This document shows positions 37,517 to 47,918 of a stretch of 64,000 nt of DNA, one piece after another (position 1 is the stretch's first letter; each line of letters starts with the position of its first letter). Position numbers and translations under genes: made by a program. Source of the DNA: a virus; IMG/VR virus record IMGVR_UViG_3300017788_000014, positions 15,682 to 79,681 of that record; one strand, written 5' to 3'. The notes beneath the pieces were generated by a model. It saw only the letters and a list, made by a program, of their open reading frames with translations. It searched no databases and was not told where the DNA came from.

Positions 37517-38596
37517 ATGGCGCTTATGTCGCCAGTCGATGAGAAACCACTGAGTCCCGCGCTGTTCGAGCGTTTAAAGCACAAATTTCGGGAAGTTCGG
37601 ATTGCCAATCCGGGTGTTTCTGCCATTGTGCACACGTTTCCCAATCCCGCCCGTCCCGGCACGCGCTTACGTCATGCGCAGTGCTGGGGCGAGTACTATC
37701 GAGTATGCTGCCCCTTTTGTAACGATATCGATTTTAAACTCTGGATCAATCATCTGTATGGCGCCGAATATGATACTGCGTTTGGTCGTCGGTCCGGCAC
37801 GTATCTGGCGTGCTGTTACAAAAATAACTGCCTTGCGGTTGCTGGAAGATCGCAGCAGTTAGAAAATTTGATTTTTGGACCCGGCCGCCCGCTCGCGACC
37901 AAGTTACCGATTCGCGAGGGCTTTGTGGATGCCGCGCGCACAACGGTCAGCGTCCCCGGCAAAATTTGTCAATTAACTGAATTGCCGGAGGAGCATGCGG
38001 CTGTGCAATATCTGCAGTCGCGAAATTTCGATCCGCGAGAATTGGAAACGTTTTTTGACGTCGGCTTTTGTGTAGAGCCTTCGCGCGAGCACCCGAGCAT
38101 GCGCGAGCGTATTTATATGCCGGTCTATCACGACCGAGAGTTGGTGATGTTTCAAGGGCGGCGCCCAACGGCGGGCAATCAGCCTATGAAATACTACACC
38201 GCCGGCAAAAAAAGTATGGCGCTCTATAACTACGACCGCGCTGCGACGCAATTATTTGTCGTCATTGTCGAAGGCGTACCGTCGGCGTGGCGGCTGAATC
38301 CGTTCGGTGTGGCAATCTTTGGCAAAACGTTGTCGTCGTGGCAGCAGACTATGTTGGTGCAAACGTGGGCTGGAAAACCCGTGTTCGTGATGCTCGATTC
38401 CGACGCTGCTGACGAAACAGAAAAAATTCTCTTGCAACTTGCCGGTTCTGGACTACAACTGGTGCCAGTCCATTTGCCAGATGCCCGCGATCCGGCCGAT
38501 TATTCTCGGGACGAATTGCGGTATTTATTGACTGCCGCGGCTGAGACGGCGCGCGTTGTTGTGGACTTATCACGTTTCGGGTCTGACGTATTATGA
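37517..38596 (+). CDS. DNA primase (zinc finger plus TOPRIM)
   Basis: CPFC...CYKNNC, YLQSR, RIYMP, FQGR, IVEG, MLDSDA, DPAD. Confidence 0.88.
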   Translation: MALMSPVDEKPLSPALFERLKHKFREVRIANPGVSAIVHTFPNPARPGTRLRHAQCWGEYYRVCCPFCNDIDFKLWINHLYGAEYDTAFGRRSGTYLACCYKNNCLAVAGRSQQLENLIFGPGRPLATKLPIREGFVDAARTTVSVPGKICQLTELPEEHAAVQYLQSRNFDPRELETFFDVGFCVEPSREHPSMRERIYMPVYHDRELVMFQGRRPTAGNQPMKYYTAGKKSMALYNYDRAATQLFVVIVEGVPSAWRLNPFGVAIFGKTLSSWQQTMLVQTWAGKPVFVMLDSDAADETEKILLQLAGSGLQLVPVHLPDARDPADYSRDELRYLLTAAAETARVVVDLSRFGSDVL

Positions 38597-41500
38597 GCCG
38601 TACAACGTTTTTGTCGCACCGGCACGTGCGCGCATTGCGTGATCCGGACAGCGCAAAGTTGACCGCGGAATTATTTCCAATGATTCCGCTGGACGCGCCC
38701 GGTATGCCGGCTCCGGGCCCCGACTTTTTAATTCACGCGGAATTGCTCGGAGATGCGGCGCAGGGTTCTTCGCGCAAGAAAAATCCGCCACCGCCGGGCG
38801 AGAATTTACAGGCGTTGTATCGCAACGCGTTGTATTCGCCGGATTTTATTCTGCCTGTGCTGTCCAAAAACGGCACGGCGTCTGTGCACTTTTTGCCGGG
38901 GCACTTGATCGGGAACTATCTGCTGCCGCCCGATGCGCAAGTGTTTGGGCCTTCGCCCGCCCGCGTCATGGTCGTCAGCAAAATTCCCGGGCCGATTGAA
39001 CTGAGCGCCCGTAGCGCCATATCTGAATCCAACATCATGCAGCCATTTCTGGCGGCGCTTCACGAATGCGGTTTTCAGGAAGACGCGTACGCGCAGTGGT
39101 ACATTACGTTCGCGTGCAAATTTCTCACGCCGACGCCCGATACCGCCGTTGTGCCGGCCGCGTGGATTAAAAATTGCGCTATTTTGCTGGAGCAGGAAAT
39201 TCGTTTCGTGCAGCCGGATTACATTTTGTGCCTCGGGCAGGAGGCGGCGAAGGCGGTTTTGCGGACATCCGGCAGCGTATCTGATCTGGTGGGGCGTGTT
39301 GTCCCGCTCAAAACGTACGACGCGCACGGCCAGCCACGCACGGTGTCGGTAATGCCTGTGATGCATCCCGGTTACATCGTCAAAAAGCCAGAAGCATTTG
39401 AAGATTTTTGCGGGCAGATGCAGCGGTTTAAGTCGCTCCTTGACGACGACATGCCGACTGTAGAATCTGTCGACCACGCCGATATTTACACGCTCAAAGC
39501 GTTGCGCGAAATGGTCGACGAAATGATCGCCGATCCCGATCCGAACGCCAATATTATCGCCATTGACTGCGAATGGCACGGCGATCATCCGACAGAACCC
39601 GACGCGTATTTGCGAACAATTCAGGTTTCTAACAAAAACAAATGGGCGCGGACGATTGTTTTGCGGTATCAGGGCGGCGCGGTTGCTTTTAAGCCGGGCC
39701 TCGATGCGGCACGAAAAGAATTGCGCCGTCTTTTGAAGAGTACGGAGACGCGGCATGTACGCGTTGGCGGGCACTTTCTGCGTGCCGACCTTCCGTGGCT
39801 CATAGATTTCGGTCTTGATTTACGCCCAGAGTACGCGCCCGATCCAAATCCGCAGGTGCGCCATCGCGGAGGCTGGGACACCAGTCTGATGTATCACGCC
39901 GTCAACGAAACTGCCAAATATGGTTTGGACGCGTGCTCTATGCGTTTTACGTCGGCGCCAGTTTATTGGGAAAAACTGGATCGCTGGCGTAAAAAGTACT
40001 GCGCGCAGCACAAACTCAAAACGAGCAATCTTGGCGGCTACGGCAACTGTCCGGCGCACATACTGCATCCGTACGCCGCGTATGACGCCGATGTGACGCG
40101 GCGGATTATGCTGCATTTTTACGGCACAAATGGCGCTGACGGCTTTTTGGCGTGCGACACCCACGGCAACGATTGCTGGTTGCCATACTGGACAGCGCAC
40201 GGCGCGTCGCTAGCATTTTTGGAAATGGAGTTGACCGGCTTGCTGGTCGACCGCGATCGTGCCGACGAACTAACGAATTTATTTATGACCACGCAGGAAA
40301 ACCTGCTGGCAGAAATTCGTGAAGAACTCAATTGGCCGACATTTAATCCCAAGTCGCAGCCGCAATTGGCTGTGGCGTTGTTCGGGCGGTCGTTTTTGGG
40401 CCGCTATAAAAACGCGCCAGAAATTCCCGAGGACGCGCGCCTGCTTGGTTTACGACCAGTCAAAACAACAGGCAAGCGTCCGGTGCTGTGGGCGGATATG
40501 AGTTGGCGCGGCGTTAATGCGGATACCGCCGTGCCGAGTACAGACAAAGAGAGTCTGGGAATTTTAGGTCATCGAAATAACACGGCAGCCAAAATTCGCG
40601 ACTACAAGTTTATTAGTCAGGCGTTGCAATCGGTATTGCGAAAACCCAGTCTCACGGAGGACGGCGATGTCGAAAAAGACGAAAACGGCAACTACGAATA
40701 CGACAAGGGAATCGTTGGCTGCGTCCATGCCGACGGCAAGGTTCGCACGCATTTTTTCCAGACCAAGGAAACCGGCCGCGCCTCGTCGTCCCGCCCCCCG
40801 CTCCAAAACCTGAGCAAAAAGCGCGAAGACGATTACGAGCGCATCATCGGTCGCGATCAGTATCGTCATCCGGTGCGTTCTATTTTGCGTGTGCCGGACG
40901 GTTATGTCGGAATCGAAACTGACTTAACGGGCGCTGAACTGGCGGTGTTGGCGTGGCTCAGTCAGGATCAGTCCATGATCGAACATGTGCGCCGCAACAA
41001 TCTGCCGTCAAGCCATCCGGATCATTACGATATCCACAGTCAACAGGCGGTGAAAACGTTTAACATCACCGGTATTCCGCCGACGAAAAAAGGTCTGGAA
41101 AGTATCGATAAAGCCGGTTTGCGCGTCGCCGCAAAAAACGTGAATTTCGGTATTCCATATGGTCGCGGCGCCGAAGCGATTGCTCGGCAGTGTAAAGAAG
41201 AGGGCGTAACAGTGACGTCAGACGAGTGCGCGCAAATGATTGACGCGTACTTTTCGACCTATCCACGCACGAAAGAATTTCTTGCCGAATGTCGCGCGCG
41301 GTCGCAAAATCCCGGCTGGATCGTCGGACCGTATGGCCGCTATCGACGTTTTGTTGCCAGCGATGATCGCGCCGTTCGCGGCGAGCAGGAACGGCAGGCG
41401 CAGAATTTTCCTATTCAGGGCGGTGTCGCCGACGCTGTTTCTTTGGCGCTTAAAAACTTCTACTGCTACCGCGAAGCGCACGCAGATATCGATTACAAAA

Positions 41501-41754
41501 TTGTGTTGCAGATTCATGACGCCATTGTGTTGATGGTGCCGATCGAGCACGCTCAGCGCGTATATGAGGAGGTCATTCCAAAATGCATGATTGACGATGT
41601 GCCGTTCTGGCCGAGAAAACTTGACGGTACGCCGATCAAGGTGTCTGAGCCCTACCACTTTGGCGCATCTCGCGAAGTCTTCGTCCACTGGGGCGAAGAC
41701 CTCTCGCCGGAGGCGGCAAAAAATCTCGGATTAGGCTGGTTTTCCGGGGAATAG
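38593..41754 (+). CDS. polA: family A DNA polymerase with N-terminal UDG-like and 3'-5' exonuclease domains
   Basis: ExoI AIDCEW, ExoIII YAAYDA, TGRASS..PPLQN, motif A DLTGAEL, motif B RVAAKNVNFGIPYG, motif C IHDA; N-terminal EIRFVQPDYILCLG and MHP. Confidence 0.93.
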   Translation: MSRTTFLSHRHVRALRDPDSAKLTAELFPMIPLDAPGMPAPGPDFLIHAELLGDAAQGSSRKKNPPPPGENLQALYRNALYSPDFILPVLSKNGTASVHFLPGHLIGNYLLPPDAQVFGPSPARVMVVSKIPGPIELSARSAISESNIMQPFLAALHECGFQEDAYAQWYITFACKFLTPTPDTAVVPAAWIKNCAILLEQEIRFVQPDYILCLGQEAAKAVLRTSGSVSDLVGRVVPLKTYDAHGQPRTVSVMPVMHPGYIVKKPEAFEDFCGQMQRFKSLLDDDMPTVESVDHADIYTLKALREMVDEMIADPDPNANIIAIDCEWHGDHPTEPDAYLRTIQVSNKNKWARTIVLRYQGGAVAFKPGLDAARKELRRLLKSTETRHVRVGGHFLRADLPWLIDFGLDLRPEYAPDPNPQVRHRGGWDTSLMYHAVNETAKYGLDACSMRFTSAPVYWEKLDRWRKKYCAQHKLKTSNLGGYGNCPAHILHPYAAYDADVTRRIMLHFYGTNGADGFLACDTHGNDCWLPYWTAHGASLAFLEMELTGLLVDRDRADELTNLFMTTQENLLAEIREELNWPTFNPKSQPQLAVALFGRSFLGRYKNAPEIPEDARLLGLRPVKTTGKRPVLWADMSWRGVNADTAVPSTDKESLGILGHRNNTAAKIRDYKFISQALQSVLRKPSLTEDGDVEKDENGNYEYDKGIVGCVHADGKVRTHFFQTKETGRASSSRPPLQNLSKKREDDYERIIGRDQYRHPVRSILRVPDGYVGIETDLTGAELAVLAWLSQDQSMIEHVRRNNLPSSHPDHYDIHSQQAVKTFNITGIPPTKKGLESIDKAGLRVAAKNVNFGIPYGRGAEAIARQCKEEGVTVTSDECAQMIDAYFSTYPRTKEFLAECRARSQNPGWIVGPYGRYRRFVASDDRAVRGEQERQAQNFPIQGGVADAVSLALKNFYCYREAHADIDYKIVLQIHDAIVLMVPIEHAQRVYEEVIPKCMIDDVPFWPRKLDGTPIKVSEPYHFGASREVFVHWGEDLSPEAAKNLGLGWFSGE

Positions 41755-41842
41755 TGGGGCTGGACTTTTGGTTTTCGTGTGTTAGACTCGGGCTATCCGT
41801 GTCGAACACTGGAGTTCGACTGCTACTTTAAACAGGTGATTT

Positions 41843-43216
41843 ATGCCACGTTATAATTCTCAAAATCTGGCCGCTTTAAGTCCTGAATTTCGCAAAGCGC
41901 ACAACATCTCAGCCGGCGGAACGACGAAAGCCAGTCGTTACGCGTACGGCAAGCGCAACAATGTCTTGGTCGCCGCGGGCGAGGCGATCAAAAACGGTCT
42001 GTGTCTTCGGCTGATGCCGCTCTACGACACCGACGACCGTGATTCGCGCCAACTGGTCGACACGTTCCGCGAAGGCTCGGAAACGTACGGCGACTGGTGC
42101 CGACTGGTGACTTGCGCCCACTGGGTGGGAAATCCCGGTGTGTGCTTTATTGTGCACGACGGCAATCCCAATCTGAATTTGTACGATAGCCCGCTGCATG
42201 TTCTGCGCAAAGTAGCGTGGAACAATCGCGAGACTCCGGGCATCGGCCGTCTGTTTTCCGAACTGCTGTCGAACACGTTTACGCGTGATTCGCACATCGG
42301 CTCGCTGAAGAAGCCGGAAGAGACGTTGTTTATTTCGGCAAGTTCGGTGTTCGTTAACGACGGCAATGAAATTACGCTGGGCGCCTTTACCGACGACCGC
42401 GACCGGAATGCTCGTATCATTGGCCTCAAAAAGACGGCGGCGCAATCGTTCTTGTCGGCGCTGAGCGTCAAGAATGAAGACGGCGGTTTTGCCGTTGCCG
42501 ACATGCTCGCCAACAACGGCGCGCCGATCGTGACGTTCCTGCCGCTGAGTTACATGAGTGGCGGACAGAATCTCGTTGGGCACAGCGTCTCCGGCCCTGC
42601 GACGTTCCAGTGTCCGAAGTTTGTCCGCGGCGAGCGTAGCGCGCAGTATGTCGTGGGTTATCCGCAGTCGCGTACGGATAATTCGCACTTTGCGATTATT
42701 CATGACACGTTTATGGGTCAGGAAGTTTCGCTTGATCCGTATGCGCGTGAAATTGCAAACGAGTCGCTGTCGTGGGACGAGTATCTCAACGTACCCGCGT
42801 ACGAAGAGCAGGCCGAGATGTTGGCGAAAGTTTTTCCGCGTGAGGCGCTGGAGTATGCGTGGCAGGAATTTCCTGAGTATGCGCGCACCATTCCTCGCGG
42901 TACGGTAACGGCGTCAATGCTGCCGGACGACGATTTCGACGAGCCTGCTTCGCCGCCGGCATCGTCGCGGCCGGTTGCGTCGGCTGGTGCGGTTCGTTCG
43001 ACCGGCGTCTCTGAGGCGTTTAACACCGCAGGCGACATTTCGAGCGAGGCTGCCAGTAGCGTCGCCGACATGTTTAACGCGGCTGAAATTCCGGCTGCGA
43101 TGACGTCAACGCCGGCCGCGCAGTCGCCTGCGCCTGTACGGGCAGCACGCGGCGATGCGGTGCCAAACCGTGCGGATATTCTCGCCGCTGCCCGCGCCAA
43201 AACTCGGCGCGGTTGA
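41843..43216 (+). CDS. putative single-stranded DNA-binding protein
   Basis: Position between polymerase and recombinase, LRLMP motif, low-complexity tail; function inferred. Confidence 0.4.
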   Translation: MPRYNSQNLAALSPEFRKAHNISAGGTTKASRYAYGKRNNVLVAAGEAIKNGLCLRLMPLYDTDDRDSRQLVDTFREGSETYGDWCRLVTCAHWVGNPGVCFIVHDGNPNLNLYDSPLHVLRKVAWNNRETPGIGRLFSELLSNTFTRDSHIGSLKKPEETLFISASSVFVNDGNEITLGAFTDDRDRNARIIGLKKTAAQSFLSALSVKNEDGGFAVADMLANNGAPIVTFLPLSYMSGGQNLVGHSVSGPATFQCPKFVRGERSAQYVVGYPQSRTDNSHFAIIHDTFMGQEVSLDPYAREIANESLSWDEYLNVPAYEEQAEMLAKVFPREALEYAWQEFPEYARTIPRGTVTASMLPDDDFDEPASPPASSRPVASAGAVRSTGVSEAFNTAGDISSEAASSVADMFNAAEIPAAMTSTPAAQSPAPVRAARGDAVPNRADILAAARAKTRRG

Positions 43217-43250
43217 TCGTTTGTGAGGGAACAATTTATGTTCCCGTTTT

Positions 43251-43300
43251 GCCGCCTTGAGGCCGTGGGCTCGCGCGAAACGCCCCGGCCTTGAGGCGGT
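43251..43300 (+). terminator. GC-rich stem-loop
   Basis: GCCGCCTTGAGGCCG...CGGCCTTGAGGCGGT. Confidence 0.55.
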
Positions 43301-43318
43301 TAACCAAGGACATCATCC

Positions 43319-44689
43319 ATGGGTCGAAAAAAGAAAATGTCGGGCGTCGAGGCCGTTCGGTCGCTCGGCGTAAACGGCGAGCATCCAGTAATTACTGAGG
43401 TTTTAAAGGCCAACGCTGCCGATCACGATCCACTGATCGGCTTGCCGTTGCCAACATTGGCGGCGCGGTATTTGCTGCAGGCGAATATTTTTCCGCTGTC
43501 ACGTTTTACGCAATTACGGGGAGAATTCAGCGCCGGCAAATCCGCGTTATTGTTGGAAATTATGCGGTGGTTTCATGTCTACGGCGGCGGCGCTATTTTA
43601 ATCGACACGGAGAACAAAGGCTCCGAGACGATGTTGCGCGGTATGTTCGGTCACAATCCGCAGTATGTCGGCCGCACGCGCGTCGAGACGGCCGCCAGTG
43701 TGGAAGAGTGGCAGGGCAAATATATGGGATTTTGCAAAGCCATTCACGCGCAAATCGACGCCGCCAACGCGCCGGAACGTGTCATTCCAGTATGCATCGG
43801 CATCGACTCGATCTCTGCTGTTGAGGTTGACCGGCGTGTCGAAAAAGTGGCCGACGAGGGACACGCAGCCGCAGGCCATCCGTATCTGGCCCGTAATTTG
43901 TCGGACTTCATGCGGACTGCGTTAGTGCCCACGCTGCGGCACTATCCGATCGCTTTGATTGCTACAAATCATCTCAAAGAAGAGATTAACAGCATGGGTT
44001 TCGGCCCGCCGAAAAAGTATGCTCCCGGCGGCGCTTCGCTTGACTACTATCCGACGCTAATTATTGACATGCAAAAAGCGTCGAGTAAAAATATTGCCGC
44101 CGGTCGCGCAGAGGGTCAACCGGTACGCCTCATTGCCACCAAAAACAATCTCGGCGCTCCCGGTCGCCGTCTTGTCGTTAATTTGATGTGGTACAACGAC
44201 ATTGTGGCGGTGACCGACTCTGACGGCAATGAAACCTATCGTAATCAACAGTATCATTACTGGGATTGGCATACGGCGACCACGCGGTTGTTAATAGAGT
44301 TGCAGTCGTCAGACAAAAAACTGGCGCCCGGCGTTGATCCTAAACTTCCGGGCCTTGTCAAACAGGTCTGCGATCTGGAATACAAGCACGGCACGAAAAA
44401 TGCCGACACGCCGTTGGTTTATTCGTCCGCGCTCGGTATTTCAAAACAGGAGGCGGTGTCTGAGGTCGAACTGTCCATCGCGTTGGAAGAGAACAAGCGC
44501 GTACTAGGCGTGTTACACGGCTTGCTCGGCGTCAACGAGTACACGATTTGCGATCCAGCCAAGAGATATCGTCAGCAGGTCATGGATCAATTGCGCGAGC
44601 AGCAAATGACTGATGTGCCAGAACTTATGGCCGCCGCTGGCGCGGCAGTAATTCCCGAGGATTTTGATCCGCTCGGACAGGTGGATTGA
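43319..44689 (+). CDS. RecA/UvsX-like recombinase
   Basis: Walker A GEFSAGKS, IDTE, IDSIS, TNHL, PGGASL, KNN. Confidence 0.85.
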   Translation: MGRKKKMSGVEAVRSLGVNGEHPVITEVLKANAADHDPLIGLPLPTLAARYLLQANIFPLSRFTQLRGEFSAGKSALLLEIMRWFHVYGGGAILIDTENKGSETMLRGMFGHNPQYVGRTRVETAASVEEWQGKYMGFCKAIHAQIDAANAPERVIPVCIGIDSISAVEVDRRVEKVADEGHAAAGHPYLARNLSDFMRTALVPTLRHYPIALIATNHLKEEINSMGFGPPKKYAPGGASLDYYPTLIIDMQKASSKNIAAGRAEGQPVRLIATKNNLGAPGRRLVVNLMWYNDIVAVTDSDGNETYRNQQYHYWDWHTATTRLLIELQSSDKKLAPGVDPKLPGLVKQVCDLEYKHGTKNADTPLVYSSALGISKQEAVSEVELSIALEENKRVLGVLHGLLGVNEYTICDPAKRYRQQVMDQLREQQMTDVPELMAAAGAAVIPEDFDPLGQVD

Positions 44690-45279
44690 TGGACCCGCGC
44701 GACGAGTTTTTTCAGAACGTTTTCGACCAAAATGGCCGCGGCGCTGCTGAAACCAAGTTTCAGCGCCAATTGTCATTTGAAGATCGCTGTGTGCGGCGCA
44801 TTTTTCGTGAGTGCGGCATCGCCGCGCCGCTCGGACAATTCGTACGGTTATGTCGGGATCAAACCGGTTATCCTGAGTTGAGTTTTAACTGGTTTCAGCG
44901 GCAGTTTGATTTTCCAGCGCATCTCGGCGGTAAACGCATCACGTATGTCGGCAAACGCAACAATGAGTCGCTTTATTTGTATCAATTGTCAATAGTCGAC
45001 TTGTTCAACACGCGCGCCGCCACGTCGAATTTGCTGGTCCGCGCCATATCGAAAGCCATGTGGGCGAGCGACATGGACAGTGAGCGGCCGTTTATTTTTA
45101 TGTTTCCGATTGTGCGTAAAATGTTTTGCGCGCACAATCTTGACTTGGTGAAACCAGATGCCGCACATAGCGACAAGCCTTGTATGCGCGCACAATTTAC
45201 GCTTGAAAAATTTCGGATGACGATCGAGCCATCTGAAAGTCTTTTTGCGGGTTGGAACAACTGGTATCCGTTTTGTTGA
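44686..45279 (+). CDS. hypothetical protein
   Basis: 197 aa ORF overlapping recombinase stop. Confidence 0.65.
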   Translation: MMDPRDEFFQNVFDQNGRGAAETKFQRQLSFEDRCVRRIFRECGIAAPLGQFVRLCRDQTGYPELSFNWFQRQFDFPAHLGGKRITYVGKRNNESLYLYQLSIVDLFNTRAATSNLLVRAISKAMWASDMDSERPFIFMFPIVRKMFCAHNLDLVKPDAAHSDKPCMRAQFTLEKFRMTIEPSESLFAGWNNWYPFC

Positions 45280-46433
45280 GAGCCGTCATGGGCCGACCGA
45301 CATTACAACGCACTATGAGCAGTGTGTTTGCACCTGTCGCCGTAGTCTCGTTCTCCAGTGCGCAGGTCGACGCGTGCGAACAGTTTTTGTCGGCGCGGGT
45401 GGCCGATACGGAATGTATTCCCATCGTGGATGAGCGGCAGTTGCTCATGGGCGCCGACGGCCGCGTGCTAGAAAATGGCTATCGATTCAACGCTATTGGT
45501 TTTTCGGCCGTGTGCGGCGCGTTAATCGGCGGATTGAGCAGCGTTTTTAACGAACTCTGCGGCGAGTCGCGAAATCGGTACGCCGAGAGCATCACGAATG
45601 GCGATCTGGCGGCGGCCGTTGCGATTTACAACACGGCACTGCGGGCACGTTTTGAGTTATTGCAGGAGCGCACGCTGTTGGTTAATCACGCTGATAAAAC
45701 CATCGATGGTTTTCTCGGTATTGAACATCGCATGCTTGACAATTTTGTCTTTTTTAATCTCATCACCGACGAATTGCGCACGCAACAGCCGGACAGCGCT
45801 TTTTATCGCGCGGAAATAAGTGGTCGCGAATTGCGCTTGTACTTCGTGCACAATGGCACCAAACGCAACGATTTGTACTTTGACGCGAAACATACGTTTG
45901 CGGCGGGTTGGTTTTTTTCAAATCGTGAAGACGCTGGTCTGGCCATTCGGGCCGCGCAAGCGGTATTGACGAAATTTGGCGCCGCCGTGCCCACACGTAA
46001 AAAAAGCAGTACATTACGGCACGTCGGCGCCGATCTGTTGGGCCGTACGGTGGAGTTGATTCAAAAAGCCGCCCGCGATACCGTGTCGTCTGAGCAATTG
46101 GCGCGCGGCGTGTCGCGGCTGCAGTCGATGTCGTTGAATTTTGCGGAATCCAAAAATGCATTCGACGCGGCTTTCGAACACTGGCTCGCGTATTTGACAC
46201 GATTCAAAATTCCGCTCGACGTGGCAAAAAACGTATGTCGAACAGCGGCATTTTCTGGCGCGGACTTGCAGTCGCAATCCGCAGTTGATATCTATTCGAA
46301 ACAATCGGCGTCGGCGCGCACTATGTACGATTTGTTTTGCGCGTTGTTGAAAATTTCTCGCACGCAGTATGCGAGCGTTAAAGATGTTATGCAGAACGCT
46401 GCTTTTGAGATGTTGTTTTTAGACGAGAAATAG
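45252..46433 (+). CDS. hypothetical protein, possibly DUF932-like
   Basis: HRMLDN and GWFFSNRED motifs loosely resemble DUF932. Confidence 0.5.
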   Translation: MEQLVSVLLRAVMGRPTLQRTMSSVFAPVAVVSFSSAQVDACEQFLSARVADTECIPIVDERQLLMGADGRVLENGYRFNAIGFSAVCGALIGGLSSVFNELCGESRNRYAESITNGDLAAAVAIYNTALRARFELLQERTLLVNHADKTIDGFLGIEHRMLDNFVFFNLITDELRTQQPDSAFYRAEISGRELRLYFVHNGTKRNDLYFDAKHTFAAGWFFSNREDAGLAIRAAQAVLTKFGAAVPTRKKSSTLRHVGADLLGRTVELIQKAARDTVSSEQLARGVSRLQSMSLNFAESKNAFDAAFEHWLAYLTRFKIPLDVAKNVCRTAAFSGADLQSQSAVDIYSKQSASARTMYDLFCALLKISRTQYASVKDVMQNAAFEMLFLDEK

Positions 46434-46447
46434 AAAGCGAGGTTTTT

Positions 46448-47353
46448 GTGGCACGGAAAAAAGCCGAGTCAACAGCAATAAGCCAAGATACAGTTTTGGA
46501 GTCGAATCTGATTCCAAATGATCAGATTGAGAATTTTACGCCACGCCTGCGCGACGTCATCGATGAAATTGACCAGATATTTGGCGACGTACAAGTTGCC
46601 GGTTTGACGTCGTTTTGGCGCATCGGCAAAATTATTTACGACGTACGTGTGAATCCAGAAGAGTACTTAACAGAGGAACAGCAGGCCGGCCAGATCGACG
46701 GCGCCAGTTTGATCGTAGCGATTTTCGCGCCGATCTATTCCGCCGATCAGTTGCGTAATGCTGTCAATTTTTACGAAAAGTATCCCAGCATGGCTGATGT
46801 CAATGAACTTTTGTCGTTGCGTTGTCCCGATCGTCCACGTTGGCGTATGACCATCTCGCACGCCCAGATGTTGGCGCAGGTGCCCGATGACGACCAGCGC
46901 GCTATTCTGGCTGAGAAATGCGCCGAAGAGGCGTACACGGCCCGAAATCTGGCGTCTGAGTTGCAGGAAATTCGCGGCAATTTGCGCCCCGGAGCCGGCC
47001 GGCACCACAGCGCACCGAAGGGCCTGAAACAGCAGATGCAGGATTTGTTGCAAAATCAGCGGCGTTTTATTACGCGTTCGGAAAAATTGTGGTTGGCGGA
47101 AGATTCTGAAAACTTTTACGACGTTGTGGCCAATACGCCGCCGGAAAAAATTGATCTGAATATGCGTAATTTGCTGGCAGAAATCGCCGAAAATTTTACG
47201 CGTATGTCTGATCTTGTAGCGGATCACAATGTCATGTGCACACGTGTGCGCGAACAATTGTCGGCACAGGAGAACGCCGCAGAAGATGCAGCGGATTCCG
47301 AAGCGGACGAAAACACACAGCCGACAAGGCGGTCACGTAACTTTACACGATAG
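46448..47353 (+). CDS. hypothetical DNA-binding protein
   Basis: FWRIGKII and ISHAQML resemble the DUF1016 N-terminal domain; weak call. Confidence 0.55.
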   Translation: MARKKAESTAISQDTVLESNLIPNDQIENFTPRLRDVIDEIDQIFGDVQVAGLTSFWRIGKIIYDVRVNPEEYLTEEQQAGQIDGASLIVAIFAPIYSADQLRNAVNFYEKYPSMADVNELLSLRCPDRPRWRMTISHAQMLAQVPDDDQRAILAEKCAEEAYTARNLASELQEIRGNLRPGAGRHHSAPKGLKQQMQDLLQNQRRFITRSEKLWLAEDSENFYDVVANTPPEKIDLNMRNLLAEIAENFTRMSDLVADHNVMCTRVREQLSAQENAAEDAADSEADENTQPTRRSRNFTR

Positions 47354-47360
47354 GCGGCAC

Positions 47361-47897
47361 ATGATCTCGATTAAAAACATCCCCATTGTCATCGAGCCCG
47401 GAGTTAATGTTCTAGAGGCTGAGTTTTTCGTTCGGCGCAATAATCGGCCGTGCACGTTTCCTGTGCAGTTGTTCCGTATTTCGGCAGACAAAAAGACTTA
47501 CAAAAATCTGCCGTTCGTTCCGTCGGTAAAAGTACCGCACGTGTTCGGGTTATCCGACAAGCCAAGCGAAGCGCTGATTCTGGTTGTTTACGACAATTTG
47601 GGTCGCATTCATTCGTTGTATACGCGGCAGCATTTGAAAGACGCGTGGGAAAAAGAACACGTAGCGGACGAATATGCCGGCCGCGCTATTACCAAATTCT
47701 CTGTGCGCTACATATTTAACTCGCACAAAAATCGAGCGGAATTTATGTCCTTGATCGATCGTCTGGTGACACAAATCAATAACGATCAAATGGTTGATCC
47801 GCGAGATGTCGTGGCGGCGTTTACGTTGCTGTCGCGCTCTCGCGCAGAGCCTGTGCCCGCGGCTGTCGCGACGTTGAGAGAAACGTCACCCGGTTGA
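47361..47897 (+). CDS. hypothetical protein
   Basis: ORF MISIKNIP... Confidence 0.65.
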   Translation: MISIKNIPIVIEPGVNVLEAEFFVRRNNRPCTFPVQLFRISADKKTYKNLPFVPSVKVPHVFGLSDKPSEALILVVYDNLGRIHSLYTRQHLKDAWEKEHVADEYAGRAITKFSVRYIFNSHKNRAEFMSLIDRLVTQINNDQMVDPRDVVAAFTLLSRSRAEPVPAAVATLRETSPG

Positions 47898-47918
47898 AGG
47901 TAGATTTATGGAGACTGT

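Noticed and set aside
38593-41754. Intein or intron in the long polymerase gene
   Set aside because: Length is explained by the UDG-like, exonuclease and polymerase domains; no intein splice or homing endonuclease motifs seen
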